NCBI GenBank assembly: GCA_009914755.4
Contig: CP068257.2
Span: 30,496,001 to 30,560,000 of the forward strand
Length of the DNA: 64,000 bases
From: the human T2T-CHM13v2.0 reference genome, Homo sapiens
Reading direction: 5' to 3'
Below the pieces are notes generated by a model. That model searched no databases and was not told the origin of the DNA. It saw nothing but the letters and a program-made list of their open reading frames with translations. Shown in pieces: positions 13,701-25,682 of this stretch (its first letter is position 1; each line of letters opens with the position of its first letter). The translations under genes and the position numbers were made by a program.

Positions 13701-14749
13701 TTTCTAATACCCAACTATGCCATTGGAGCAGCTTTAGGCACTGCATAAATCAACCAGTGTGGCTCTGTTCCAAAAAAACTTCATTTACAAAAACAGGTAT
13801 GAGCTACATTTTGCCCACAGGGAGTAGCTGGCAGACCTCACTTTAGAATAACACTCTGGGCCTCTCCCTTCTTTATTCCTCTCCAGTGGAGGTGGGAAGG
13901 GGAGCAGGGCATTGGCACTGACGGGTTTTACTGGAGAGCTTAGGCCACCCCCTCTTTGGGGAGCTCTGTCTGAGTGCAGAGAGCTCCACACTGGAAGTCG
14001 TAGGGGGCGGGACTTCTAGGAGGGCCCTAAAGCTGTTCAGTGCTGACAGAAACAGATCTATGATCCAGCCTGATTCTAGGGTGAGGCATTAGTAGTCCCA
14101 CTTGGCTAAGAGCACTAACTATGGTCTGCAATCCTAGTTTTGTCAGAAATGGAAGTGAAATTGTGACTCCATCTGCATGATATTTTTGCTCCAAACTGGG
14201 ACGGGGAGGACTAGGTACATTGACCACCGCCCTGGCCAACCCCAACAGTAAAGGAAGTGTCTATTTCTCAGTTCCACTGTATTTTGGGTTGGATCTTTTT
14301 GTTGATGACTTGCCACTCTTTCAGGCAACTTCAGAAATAGTGTAGTCACTGTAGAGTCTGGTAGCATCTATTCTCTCTTCTGCTAAATGAAAACACATGA
14401 CGGCCTGGTTGCTAAGTAATACAAGTAATGCATGTTGATGTAAACGGTGGTCGAGAGGTGGAGTTGGGGTGAGACACAAATGGGGACATGACCTTGAAGG
14501 CTCTGGAGAGTCTCCCAGGTGGGGGTGGGGGCTAAGTTCCCTCTCGCTTCTGTCTCACTTTCAGATGCCCACCCTCACTCAAAAACATCATTAGGTTTGC
14601 AGCAATTACCCAAGGACTACACATCCTTTATTATTATTATTACGAAATACAGACAAGCAAAGGAGAAAATAAAAACCACCTTTAATCTCCACCCAGAGAT
14701 ACTTATTAATAACGGTTTGGCATGTATTTTTCCAGATGCAAAAATGAGA

Positions 14750-15000
14750 TCATATTATCCATGTTGTTTTGTGGTCTGCTTTTGGCATTTAAAATATAAT
14801 AAATATCCTTCCCTGTTGCAGAGAAGAACATACACCGTGATTTTTATGACACGATTCATTTACCCAGTCCTCTGTGATTGGCCATTTAGCTTGTTTCCAA
14901 GTTTTCCCAGTAAAAACAATGCTACAGTGTGCATTCTTATAGCTAGTTCTGGGAGCACTTTTTGAATTATTTTCTTAAACTGAATTCCAAGAACACAAGC
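14750..15000 (+). mobile_element. Possible LINE (L1/L2-type) 3' fragment
   Basis: ...ccatttagcttgtttccaagttttcccagtaaaaacaatgctacagtgtgcattcttatagctagttctgggagcac resembles the LINE block ...gacatttaggttgtttccagtttttggctattatgaataaagctgctatgaacattcttgtac... Weak. Confidence 0.3.
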
Positions 15001-18000
15001 ATGATTGTAGAAGACCTCATCCTTCTAAGGGAGCCGTGACTTGAAGTAGGTTTAAGTTTCCTATAGAGGAAGAGCAGGCTTGGCTGTGCTTACATGTTGT
15101 TTCCAGCAATCTCTTGACAACTGCCGTGGTGGGTTATGGACTTAGAGCCTCACTCTAGAGGAATCCCTGACCTGCTAGGAGAGTATAATAGTGTGGAATC
15201 TCTGCTTTCATCTCTCCGGGGAAGATGGGCCTTGTCAGTTGCAATGGAGAGACCAGAAAAATGCAAAGATCAAGAGACTAGGTGAGTCCCAGCCATTTAG
15301 AAGAAGATGAGGTGAGAATACCCCAAATATTCCCTCTCTCTGCACTGCGAGAAGTGGGGAGTCTGAAGTTTTCTCCCTCTTTTTGCCATATTTTAAACTA
15401 TGTCATCAGAGCTTGGTAAGGTTCCCTTAGGGGCCAGAAATGGCTCATTGGGAGGCCCCTCAGTTATTCAGAACTCACTGAAGCAGGGGTCTAGGAGAGG
15501 GGCAAGCACCTGGCTCCGGGCTTCATGGAGGAAGGCAGTGAACCCTAGGACTTCCTTCTGGACCATCCAGCCCAAGTCAGCAGGTCAGGAAAGAGCTAGA
15601 CTCAGGGCAGAAGTCCTACCAGGAGTAAGGAACATGTCTTTGGCTTCCATCTTCCTTATTATTCTTTCAGATTCAAGGAGATGTGGCAGGTGGGCTGCAG
15701 CAGCCACCTCAGAGGGAAGGGCTCCCTAAAAAGGGGCTGGATCTCCACATCAACTCCAAAACTCTGCATCACCTAAGATGCTCCCACAGAGGTTCTCAGC
15801 CCCACCATGCATCCGGGTCACAGTGAGCAAATTTAAGGCACAGGTGCTTAGACCCCAGAGGTTCTGACTTAATAGGCCCAGGGAGAAGCCTCAATGTTGG
15901 TAAGACTTTAAAAGGCTTCGAAGCCACTGAGTAATTGCTTTAGATGGCAGGGAATGGTGTAAAGGTAACTCAGTGGGCTTTGGAATTGACTGATTGATCT
16001 GAGGGCCTGGATAATGGGAATAAAAATAAACAATAGTATGTACCTCTATAAAGTGGCTTCCACACAGTAGGTACTCGAATGGCAACTAAACATGATGAGC
16101 ATTAATTATTTGCATGGCTGCACGAGGAAATATAAAAGGGAATGGAAGAACAGGTGGTGGGAGAATACAGCACAGTCACTCTTGCTTGTCAAATCTGACC
16201 TAAGAGTCTTGGCATCAAAAGAGAACTGGAACTATTTTTTTGCAGCAAACGAAAGGTAAAGGGCTAGTCTTAAATGTTGGCCCTGGGATCCAGAATTCCT
16301 ATTTGTACCAATGTGCTGTGCAAATGGTTTACGGATGGAGTGGCCATTTAGCTTTATCTTGCCTTCCTGGCCTGCTGTTAGATTGGAGGGCTGGGGTCTG
16401 CCTTGTGTTAAAGATTATCTCCCTGGAGGGAATGTAATCTGCTATTAGTATGTCTTGTAGGTGGAGGCCAACTGCTTTCCCACAGTCTAAATCTGAATCC
16501 TGTTTACCCACCATTCTATTTAGTAACAGCCATTGGCCAAGGGGAAGAGAATGAAGGATTCCAAGACAGGCTTAAAGCTTTCAGTCTAAAATGAATAGGT
16601 GTTTCCTCCTGCAGGTTTAGGATGATCTCTTTGTGTAACTCACAAGGAGGCTAATCCAATTCCAGGTCTAAGGTCGTCACATTACCGCTTTTAAGGTCCC
16701 CTGAAAAGTCCACGGTAACTCAAGCAGTCTTTCTCCCTTAGATGCTTTATACTTCAAGATTCTGGTCTCTTGACTTTTTAATTGATCTTCACTTGGCACT
16801 TCATACTTGGAACACATCAGCTGGAAGGTTCTTTGTCCCCTCCCTGAGAAATTAACGATGTGTGGGGAAACTTTTAGATGCACCAGGGGAATGCTAATTA
16901 AAAGAGGCCTGCTCCGAGACCTTCCGCAAAACAATCATCCTTTGAATACGTGGCTGCTCACCCTGCCCCAATCTGTCTGCTTTGTACGTTTGGGTTTCAT
17001 GTATTAAGAGTTGCTTAGTGTAGGACTCACTTTTGAACCTCCTTCAGGCTCCAAGATAAAGCCTTGAGCTGGGTCTGCAGGGAGCAGTGTGAGCCAGTTA
17101 GCATGTGGTGGTGACGGCCACAGCCTCTTGCTGGGCTCTAAATCATGGCTAAAACCCCAGAGCTAAAAGCATCACCCCTTTCTGGCACTTTCAATTGAAA
17201 AACCATGCTATATTTTTGTTTCCAATTATAGAAGGAGAAAAATAAAAGCATCTGGAACTCATTACTGTCCCTTTATTCCACGCCATAACTTTAAGAAAGC
17301 AAAATAAGCACTCTCACAAATGCACAGGAAAAGAGAGGAAGCAATGACTCCAGAACTAAGCCCTCACACCCCAGACCCCACTCCCCTGTGCATCTCTGTG
17401 CCCATATTGCAAACACATGGAGCGTGGGGTTTATGACGGAAATCTTGACAGCTCGCCGGCTCACAGGTCTCCGGCTCTTGCAAGGAGGAAGCTCAAGGGA
17501 GTCTGCAAGTCACCCGGCTGCTCAGGACACTGGCTCCCTCTGTCTGGCCGTTCCTAATGTGCAACACTTGACCCCAGCCCAAGAACTCAAGCCCAAAAAG
17601 GTCAGGCCTTCTCCCGAAACGTCTGCGTGGATGGCAAGGATCCTGGTTCCAGGAATCCAAGACTCCAGTGGATGATAGGAAGAACTCAACTTGCAAAAAA
17701 GGCAAGGTGGTATCTGCTTTCATGCCACACAGAAGAAGATTGACACATGACTCCTGGGGGTCTTGGGACCCAAACCTGAACTCCTTGGCATGCCACACAA
17801 GGGCCTTCCTGGTCTGCTCCTTGTTGCTGCCCTGGAATTGTTATCATTGTGCTCCCTGAGCACACTGTCCTCTCCCAGATGATAATTTCTTTCTCTAAAC
17901 AAACCGTGAACAGCCTTGTCCTTGCCCAAACAGCTCCCCAGTCTTCAAAGCCCTTCCTCGACCCATTTCTATGCCTTTGCCCATGCCTGATAACACAGTT

Positions 18001-18458
18001 CATAAATAGTGCCTTCGTTCGAAAGGCACTCTAAATAGTTACTGACCTCTAACTCCATGCTCAGTGTAGTGGTGGGGTTGGGGCTCAGAAATACAATACC
18101 CCCAAACATGGCATCTTGGAAATTAAGAAAACAGCAGAAGCAGAAAGGTCATTCTCTGGCTTTTTTCCACCTTCCTGTGTAAGAGCTGGCCATAAAGGAA
18201 TTCTCTCATCTACCTCTTCTGAAAGTAGGTCACAAGACCCTATGTGACAGGTGTCCTGCCCTATACCCAGAGGAAAGGAATGCTACACAGAGAGGCCAAG
18301 AAGGATCTGAAAAAACAGGCCATGCTAATTCCCTTTAATTTATTATTATTAGGTCATACCCCTCTTATCTGATCATATTTCTACCTAACTGCCCATTCTT
18401 CATGAAACATAAGCATAAAAATACAGTTTTCCCTGGGTCTTTACTTGTTCATTTCTTT

Positions 18459-18476
18459 AAAAAAAAAAAAAAAAAG
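18459..18476 (+). repeat. A17 homopolymer lying where an antisense Alu should have its T-run
   Basis: ctttaaaaaaaaaaaaaaaaagcct immediately 5' of a minus-strand Alu body. See finding. Confidence 0.9.
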
Positions 18477-18479
18477 CCT

Positions 18480-18758
18480 TTAGGAGACTGGGTTTTACTC
18501 TGTCACCCAGGCTGGAGTGCAGTGGTGTGATCATAGCTCACTGTAGCCTCAACTCTTGGACTCAAGTGATCTTCCTGCCTCAACCTCCCAAGTAGTTGAG
18601 ACTACAGGTGTGTGCTGTCTCACCCAGCTAATTTTAAATGATTTTTTTTTTTTTAGAGACGGGATCTTGATGTGTTGCTCTGGCTGGTCTCAAACTCCTG
18701 GCCTCAAATGATCTTCCCAGAGTGTTGGGATTATAGGCTTGAGCCACCACATCTGGCC
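18480..18758 (-). mobile_element. Alu SINE (older, AluJ-like divergence), antisense
   Basis: ttaggagactgggttttactctgtcacccaggctggagtgcagtggtgtgatcatagctcactgtagcctcaactcttggactcaagtgatcttcctgcctcaacctcccaagtagttgagactacaggtgtgtgctg...tgttgggattataggcttgagccaccacatctggcc. Flanked by near-identical cttgttcatttc (18446–18457) and ctgttcatttc (18762–18772). Confidence 0.85.
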
Positions 18759-18902
18759 TAACTGTTCATTTCCGAAGACTCTCATGTCATGGGAAAGCTT
18801 GGTTAAATAAATTTGCTATGCTTTTATCTTGTTAATTTGTCTTTTGTTATGAGGCTGTCAGCCAAGGACCCCTTGATGGGTGAGGAAAAGATATTACTGT
18901 TT

Positions 18903-19194
18903 CTTTTTTTTTTTTTAGACGGAGTTTCGCTTTTGTTGCCCAGGCTGGAGTGCAATGGCATGATCTCAGCTCTCGCAACCTCCACCTCCCGGGCTCAAGC
19001 GATTCTCATGCCTCAGCCTCCCGAGTAGCTGGGATTACGGGCATGTGACACCTAGCCCAGCTAATTTTTGTATTATTAGTAAAGATGAGGTTTCTCCATG
19101 TTGGTCATGGCCTCGAACTCCTGACCTCAGGTAATCCACCCGCCTCGGCCTTCCATAGTTCTGGGATTACAGGTGTGAGCCACTGTGCCTGGCC
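18903..19194 (-). mobile_element. Alu SINE (AluS-like), antisense, with TSD
   Basis: T14 run then agacggagtttcgcttttgttgcccaggctggagtgcaatggcatgatctcagctctcgcaacctccacctcccgggctcaagcgattctcatgcctcagcctcccgagtagctgggattacgggcatgtgacacc...ggccttccatagttctgggattacaggtgtgagccactgtgcctggcc. TSD gatattactgtttc (before) and gatattagcttttc (after). Confidence 0.95.
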
Positions 19195-21337
19195 GATATT
19201 AGCTTTTCTCGGCTGCAGTAGACACTAGAGCTACAGGAGAGAAAAAGACAGGGTCCTTGGCCTCAGAGAACCTAAAGGGGAGTGCACATTCAGTTTGGTT
19301 TATTTTTAGCCCGTGACTACGAGGTATCTGGCACTGTAGGGGTGTTTTGGTTTCCTATGGATGCTATAACAAACTTAATAGCTCAAAACAACCACAAATT
19401 TATTAGTTTACTATTCTGTTGTCCAGCACGAGTCTAGGCTAAAATTAAGGTGTCAGCAGGAGTGCATAACTTCCTGGAGGCTTTAGGAGAGAACTGGTTT
19501 CCTTGCCTTTTCCAGCTTCTAGAGACCATACTTTCCTTGGCTCCTGGCCACATCCTCCATCTTCAAAGCCAGTAAGAGCAATAGGGGCCTTTGCATACCA
19601 CATCACTCTCTCACTGTCTCCCTCTTCTATTTCTAAAAACCCTTGTCCAAACCCTTGTCTAAAAACATTTGGTCCACATAGATAATCCAGTATAATCTCT
19701 TTAAAGGCAGATGATTAGCAACTCTCATTCCATCTGCAATCTTAATTTCCCTTTGCCATGTAATGTAAAACATTCCCGTGATTAGGACATGGACTGGACG
19801 TCTTGTGGGGATGCATTATTCTGTCTACCACGGAGGACCGAATGATAAAGGGAATACTGTCATTCCCCTTAAAGAGACATTTTTGCAAAGCCTTCCTTAA
19901 AAACACAAGCAGGATTAAGAAACTCCTTCTATATTCCCATTACACTGTCTGCACTTTAAAAACACCTCTTTTATAACATTTAACATGCTTAAAGCAGTGT
20001 TTGTCAGAGCGTGGGACAAGTAATACTTGATAGTTTGCATTTAGTCATTTTGCACTTTAATAATTATGCATTTATTTTAATGTGAGTGAAGAGCATAAGC
20101 AGCATATCCAACCTGTGATATAATCTTTCCTTTTAAATTAAATCCATTTAAGCTTTTAAAGAGTGAGATGTAAAATATGAATTAGTGGTACATACTGTAT
20201 AGGCCAAGGCAAAAAAAAAAAAAGGAAGGAGTACTTGAGATGACTGCAATATAGGAAAATTACAGTTAATGTTTTCTGGATAAATTCTGAGTTCCTTAAG
20301 GGCAGAGATTTGTCCATCTGCTTATTACTGTATTAATTTTCATATTTCTGGAATCTGACGTCTATGATGGCATAGGTGCTCAAATGTTTATTGAATGAAT
20401 AAATAAAGTAGGATTGTCTTGTAGACTTCTATTTGCTTCAACTTTACACCTTTTGAATTACTTTCACATTATGGAAATGCAGCTAAAGTAACAGTTGAAC
20501 AATCATCATCTGATATTTTAGTTATTTAATTTTAGTGAGATTTTGCTATAATGTGTACTCTGTGGAAATAATATATGAGGGCACAAATATTAAAGATTAA
20601 ACGTGGCTGAGGCTCAGATTGTTGTTAGTGAATTAACAAGTGAAAATTATACCAAAGTATAGGAAGGTGGAAGCTGATATATACACTAGATTTCCATCTT
20701 TTCCCTCTTGGTGCCTGAATCTTAGTAAAAGTGTTCTGGTTTGGGGGATGTTTCTTGAATTACATGGTTCATTAGCTCGTTCATGCATTCAGCACTATGG
20801 CAGGTCCATTGTCGCTGAGAATAAGCAAGATGTGGAGGACACAAAAATAAGACCCAGTCACTGCCTTTGAGAAGCTTTGATAGCAAGATCCACACTTAAA
20901 CCTATTACTGCCACATAATCAAAGAGCTATGCCAGGAATGACAGTTCCTGGGCTTGGAAGCATTCAAGCTGAGTTTGCAGTTTGAGTTCAATCAAGTTAA
21001 TTAATGCTGCACCAAAGAAAGCAAAAACAAATAAACTCCTGTGAAAGAATATAACAGAATCCAGAATTCTACAACATAAACTTTGTAATATGCAGGGTAC
21101 AATAAAAAAAACTATTCAACATATGAAAAGCCAAGGAAATGTTACCCATTCTTGAGAGAAAAGACAATCAATGGAGATCAAAACCAGATGGTGAAATTTG
21201 CAGACTTGGGTTTTAAAGCACCTTTGAGCCACATTCATTGACTTAAAGGAAAATATGCTTGCAATGAATGAAAAAATAGGAAATCTCAGTGGAGAAATAT
21301 AATCTATAAAAAGACCCAAATAGAAATTCTAGAACTG

Positions 21338-21659
<322 letters not shown>

Positions 21660-21905
21660 CTAGAACTGAAAAACACATCTGAAATTTAAAATGTACTGGA
21701 TGTGCTTGAGAGCAGAATGAGAATGATACAGGAAAGAGTCAGTAAACTTTAAGATAGATCCATGGAAATTATTTAATCTTGAAAAAAAAGGGAGAGAAAA
21801 AAAAGGTTTAAAAACTAAATAGTCTCAGGAACCAGTTAAAAAAAGTTTAACATATATGCATTTGGAACCTCAAAAGGAGATAAGAAAGACTATTTATCTT
21901 TCTTA

Positions 21906-21947
21906 ATTATTTTTCTACTGCCCTTATTTGGAGGTAATGGTTCAAAA
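21906..21947 (+). repeat. 42-bp direct repeat, copy 1 (partner at 24365)
   Basis: attatttttctactgcccttatttggaggtaatggttcaaa. Confidence 0.9.
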
Positions 21948-22176
21948 AAACAATTGTAATAAATAATGGATGAAATTTCCCCAAATTTTGTGAAAGACAT
22001 AAATTTACAGATTGAAGAAACTCAGCAAACCCCAAGCAAGTTAAATATGAGTAAATATGAAGAAAACCATGCCTAGGGGACATCATAGCTAAATGCTGAA
22101 AATAAAAATAAAGGGGAAAAATCTTAAAAACAAGCAAAGAAAAATAATATAATACATAGAGGAGACAAAGATTTGA

Positions 22177-22380
22177 ATGATTTTTGACTTCTCATTAAAA
22201 ACTCTGGAGGCCAGAAGACAGTGGAAGAACATCTTTAAAGTGCTGAAAGAAAATTCACTTGGCAAACATTCAGTGAAAATATTCTTCAAAAATGAAGGTG
22301 AAATAAAGATATTTTTAGATAAAAAGAAAAGAGAATGTGCTAACAGAATGACACTACCAGAAATAAAAGAAAAATTTTAA
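22177..22380 (+). pseudogene. Remnant of the L1 ORF1p C-terminus (ORF-track item 22177..22380)
   Basis: Track translation MIFDFSLKTLEARRQWKNIFKVLKENSLGKHSVKIFFKNEGEIKIFLDKKKRECANRMTLPEIKEKF is collinear with the L1 ORF1p C-terminal consensus ...MTADFSSETMEARRQWNNIFKVLKEKNCQPRILYPAKISFKNEGEIKTFSDKQKLREF... (from memory). It is part of a decayed retroelement, not a host gene. Confidence 0.6.
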
Positions 22381-22439
22381 GTTGAGGAGAAATAAGAAAA
22401 GCTGGAAAATCAAGTCCTTAAGAAGGAATAAAGACTGTC

Positions 22440-23960
22440 AGCAATGACAAATGTCTGTCTAAATATCAACCCTATAACTGGGAACTATATCCCTCCTTCC
22501 CTATATGAGTTCTGTTTAAAGTTGAACACAAAAGGAATTCCATGATATCTCTGACATGGAAAGGAAGCAGTAACCATTACTCCCTGAAGGCTTAGAGTCA
22601 GATGCAGCGACTGAAGAAGAAACAACTTGGGCTTGGTTTACAGATGGTTCTACACAATATACTGGTACCGCAAAGGAGAGCTGCAACACGACATTGCCAC
22701 TGAAGGACAGGGGTAAACAGAAATTCTCTCCGTTGGCAGGAATTCAAGCAATGTACTTGTTGTTCATTTTGTCTGGAAGAAGAAGCGGCTAGAGATATGT
22801 ATGTATACTGGCTTATGGGCAATGGCAAATGGTTTGGCCAGATGGTCAGGGACTTGAAATACAATTGGGAAATTAGTGACAAGAGGATCTGGGGAACAGA
22901 TATGTGGATATGTGGATAGGCCTCTCTGAATGGACACAGAGGACAAAGATATTTGTGTGCCACATGAATGCTTGCAAAAGAGCAAACTTACCCGGGAAGA
23001 TCTTAATAGACAAGACAGCCCATTCTGTAGATGTCAGTCTCGTTGCCACCTTTCCCTGGCTTCGCCCAATGGACTCATGAACAAAGTGAACATTGTAGCA
23101 GGGTTAGAGACTATGCATGGGCTTTTGCTTACCAAAGCTGATCCACCTACAGCCACTGCTGGGTGCCCAACCAGCCAGCTGCAGAGATCAACAATGAGCT
23201 CCTGATAAGTTATCATTCCCAAAGGAATCAGCCAGGCACATGGTAGCATATTTTTTACATTCTCTATCACTTCCATATGGCAGTGATAGCACTTTGGTCT
23301 CACCAAAATAGACATTTACTCTGTATATGGATTTGTCTTTCTTGCCTGCGAACCTTCTGCTAAAACCATCGTCTCTAGGCTCACAGAGTGCTTTATTTAG
23401 TGCCATGATATTCCATGTAGCATCACTGCTGATGGGAGGGCTCATTTTATAGCACATGAAGTGCCACAATGGACTCATACTTATAGAATGCCCAAGTCTC
23501 ACAATCATCCTAAAGCAGCTGGCCTGGTAGAATGATGGCATAGCCTTTTGAAGACTCAGTTGTAGCGTCAGCTGGGTGGCAACATTTATGGGCCTCCAGA
23601 ATGTGATACTTGCTCTAACTCCATATTGGCTGATGTTTCTCTCAAAGCCCGAATTAAGATGTCCGGGAATCAAGGGGTGGAAAAGGGAGTGATTTCTCTT
23701 ACTAGTCCCTTAATAATTCACAAGCAAAGTTTTTGCTTTTTGTCCCCATGATTTTGGGTTCTGCTTGTCTAGAGGTGTTTGATTCTGACAGAAGACACAA
23801 CAGTGGTTCTATTAAACTGGAAGCTGAGACTGCCACCTGGCTCCTTTGTGTTTCTCGTGCCATGAACCAACAAGTGGAGAAAGAGCTTACTGCACTGACT
23901 GGGGTGCTCCATCCTGACTCTCAAGTGGAAACTGGGTGGTGACCTCACATGAGGGCAGAT
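22440..23960 (+). mobile_element. Endogenous retrovirus pol remnant (RT C-terminus, RNase H and integrase), frameshifted, with no flanking LTRs recognised
   Basis: My own + strand translation gives ...PLLPEGLESDAATEEETTWAWFTDGS.. (RNase H start, tWftDGSs motif). Then ..NACKRANLPGKILIDKTAHSVDVSLVATFPWLRP.. (AHq...N..AD..A followed by the integrase HHCC finger ..H...H....), ..CPTSQLQ.. (C..C), ..IPKGNQPGTW.. (P.rg..PG..WQ.D), ..AHEVPQWTHTYRMPKSHNHPKAAGLVE.WHSLLKTQL.RQLGGN.. (integrase core, h.PyhPQssGqvERmN..LK..L.k) and a ..KG..SLTSPLII.. C-terminal region. Stops and frameshifts interrupt every frame. Confidence 0.6.
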
Positions 23961-24364
23961 GAGCGGATGTCTGAACCATAGGAGATCCTCTTGGGCACCT
24001 CTTAGCACTCCCATGTCCTGTGACAAAAGTTAGCAGGAAACGACAACAAGCCAGCTCAGACAGGATTGCCAGTGGCACAGAGCTTTCAGGAATGATGAAA
24101 GCATGGCTGCTGAGGTGCTTGCTACAAACAAAGAAAATATGGACTGGGTGGGGAAGAAGTAAGTGATGAATGTCAGCCATGACCATGTGGCCAGTTGAAG
24201 AAAACAAAGACTGTCATCATGATTAGTAATTTCAAAAAGGGACCCAGCTAGAAGAGAAATGAGTATCACACAAAGATGGATAAGAGGAAGATTTGTGTAT
24301 CCTCTTTTGGGGAAAGGATGACATGTTTGGGGTGTTCAAGTTGTGCATCCTGTTAGGTGGAGGC

Positions 24365-24406
24365 ATTATTTTTCTACTGCCTTTATTTGGAGGTAATGGT
24401 TCAAAG
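24365..24406 (+). repeat. 42-bp direct repeat, copy 2 (partner at 21906)
   Basis: attatttttctactgcctttatttggaggtaatggttcaaa; 41 of 42 identical to copy 1. Confidence 0.9.
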
Positions 24407-24424
24407 AGGTGTGTGTGGATACCA

Positions 24425-24690
24425 AGTTGATATAGAGTCCAGGGGTGTCCAATCTTTTAGCTTCTCTGGGCCACATTGGAAGAAGTATTGTCTTGGGCCA
24501 CACATATGACACATTAACACTAATGATAGCTGATGAGCTTTAAAAAAAATTGCAAAAATAATCTCATAATGTTTTCAGAAAGTTTACAAATTTGTGTTGG
24601 TCCATATTCAAAGCTGTCCTGTGCCGCATGCAGACCTCAGGCCACAGGTTGGGCAAGCTTGGTGTAGCCTGTGTTAGATTGTCCTATTGA
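24425..24690. mobile_element. Non-autonomous DNA-transposon-like (MITE-type) repeat, family name not recalled
   Basis: ccaggggtgtccaatcttttagcttctctgggccacattggaagaagtattgtcttgggccacacatatgacacattaacactaatgatagctgatgagctttaaaaaaaattgcaaaaataatctcataatgttttcagaaagtttacaaatttgtgttggtccatattcaaagctgtcctgtgccgcatgcagacctcaggccacaggttgggcaagcttg matches a common human repeat consensus (gtccaatcttttggcttccctgggccacattggaagaagaattgtcttgggccacacataaaatacactaacactaacgatagctgatgag...gggccgcatgcggcccgcgggccg.gggttggacaagcttg) with an internal palindromic core. Confidence 0.35.
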
Positions 24691-24794
24691 CAACTTGGTT
24701 GAGTTGGAAATTTCACTCCCAGAATCCTCTTCTCTATATGATTCCGCGTTAAATTTGGCCAAAAGGGGAACTTGAAAAAGATCTGGGAGGCAGA

Positions 24795-25383
<589 letters not shown>

Positions 25384-25582
25384 TCATGGTCCCACTTGGT
25401 GGCTGGATGTACCTGGTCTCTCACATTTCTCCTGAAAGCTCCAACTTGTCCACCTACACCAGTGCTTCAGGGAAAGCTGGTTAATGACTTCATCTCTAGC
25501 CCTCTAACTCTCCTTAACTACCTTCACCTCCCCAGTTCCTCTCATCATTATGTAAGGTCTAATTCCTGAACTAAATGTCTTA

Positions 25583-25682
25583 TTAGGTTGCTGCAAAAGT
25601 AATTGCTGTTTTTGCCATACTTTCAATGCCATTACTTTTGAAAGGAATGGCAAAAACCGCAATTACTTTTGCACCAACTTAA
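25583..25682. mobile_element. MADE1 (Hsmar1 mariner-derived MITE), palindromic, TA-flanked
   Basis: ttaggttgctgcaaaagtaattgctgtttttgccatactttcaatgccattacttttgaaaggaatggcaaaaaccgcaattacttttgcaccaacttaa. The ends match the MADE1/Hsmar1 TIR ttaggttggtgcaaaagtaattgcggttttt and its inverse. TA dinucleotides flank both ends. Confidence 0.8.

Noticed and set aside
13333-13746. 137-aa minus-strand ORF
   Set aside because: It lies entirely inside the THE1/MST solo LTR and its tandem duplication. LTR sequence has no coding function.
14519-14965. 148-aa + strand ORF in non-Alu sequence
   Set aside because: It is AT-rich low-complexity translation (FIIIITKY…) overlapping a probable LINE fragment. It has no domain resemblance and is interrupted by stops in the neighbouring frames.
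23188-23673. 161-aa minus-strand ORF, the longest in the track
   Set aside because: It lies antisense to the ERV integrase remnant, whose real frames are on the + strand, and contains no recognisable domain. It is a chance open frame in a decayed retroelement.
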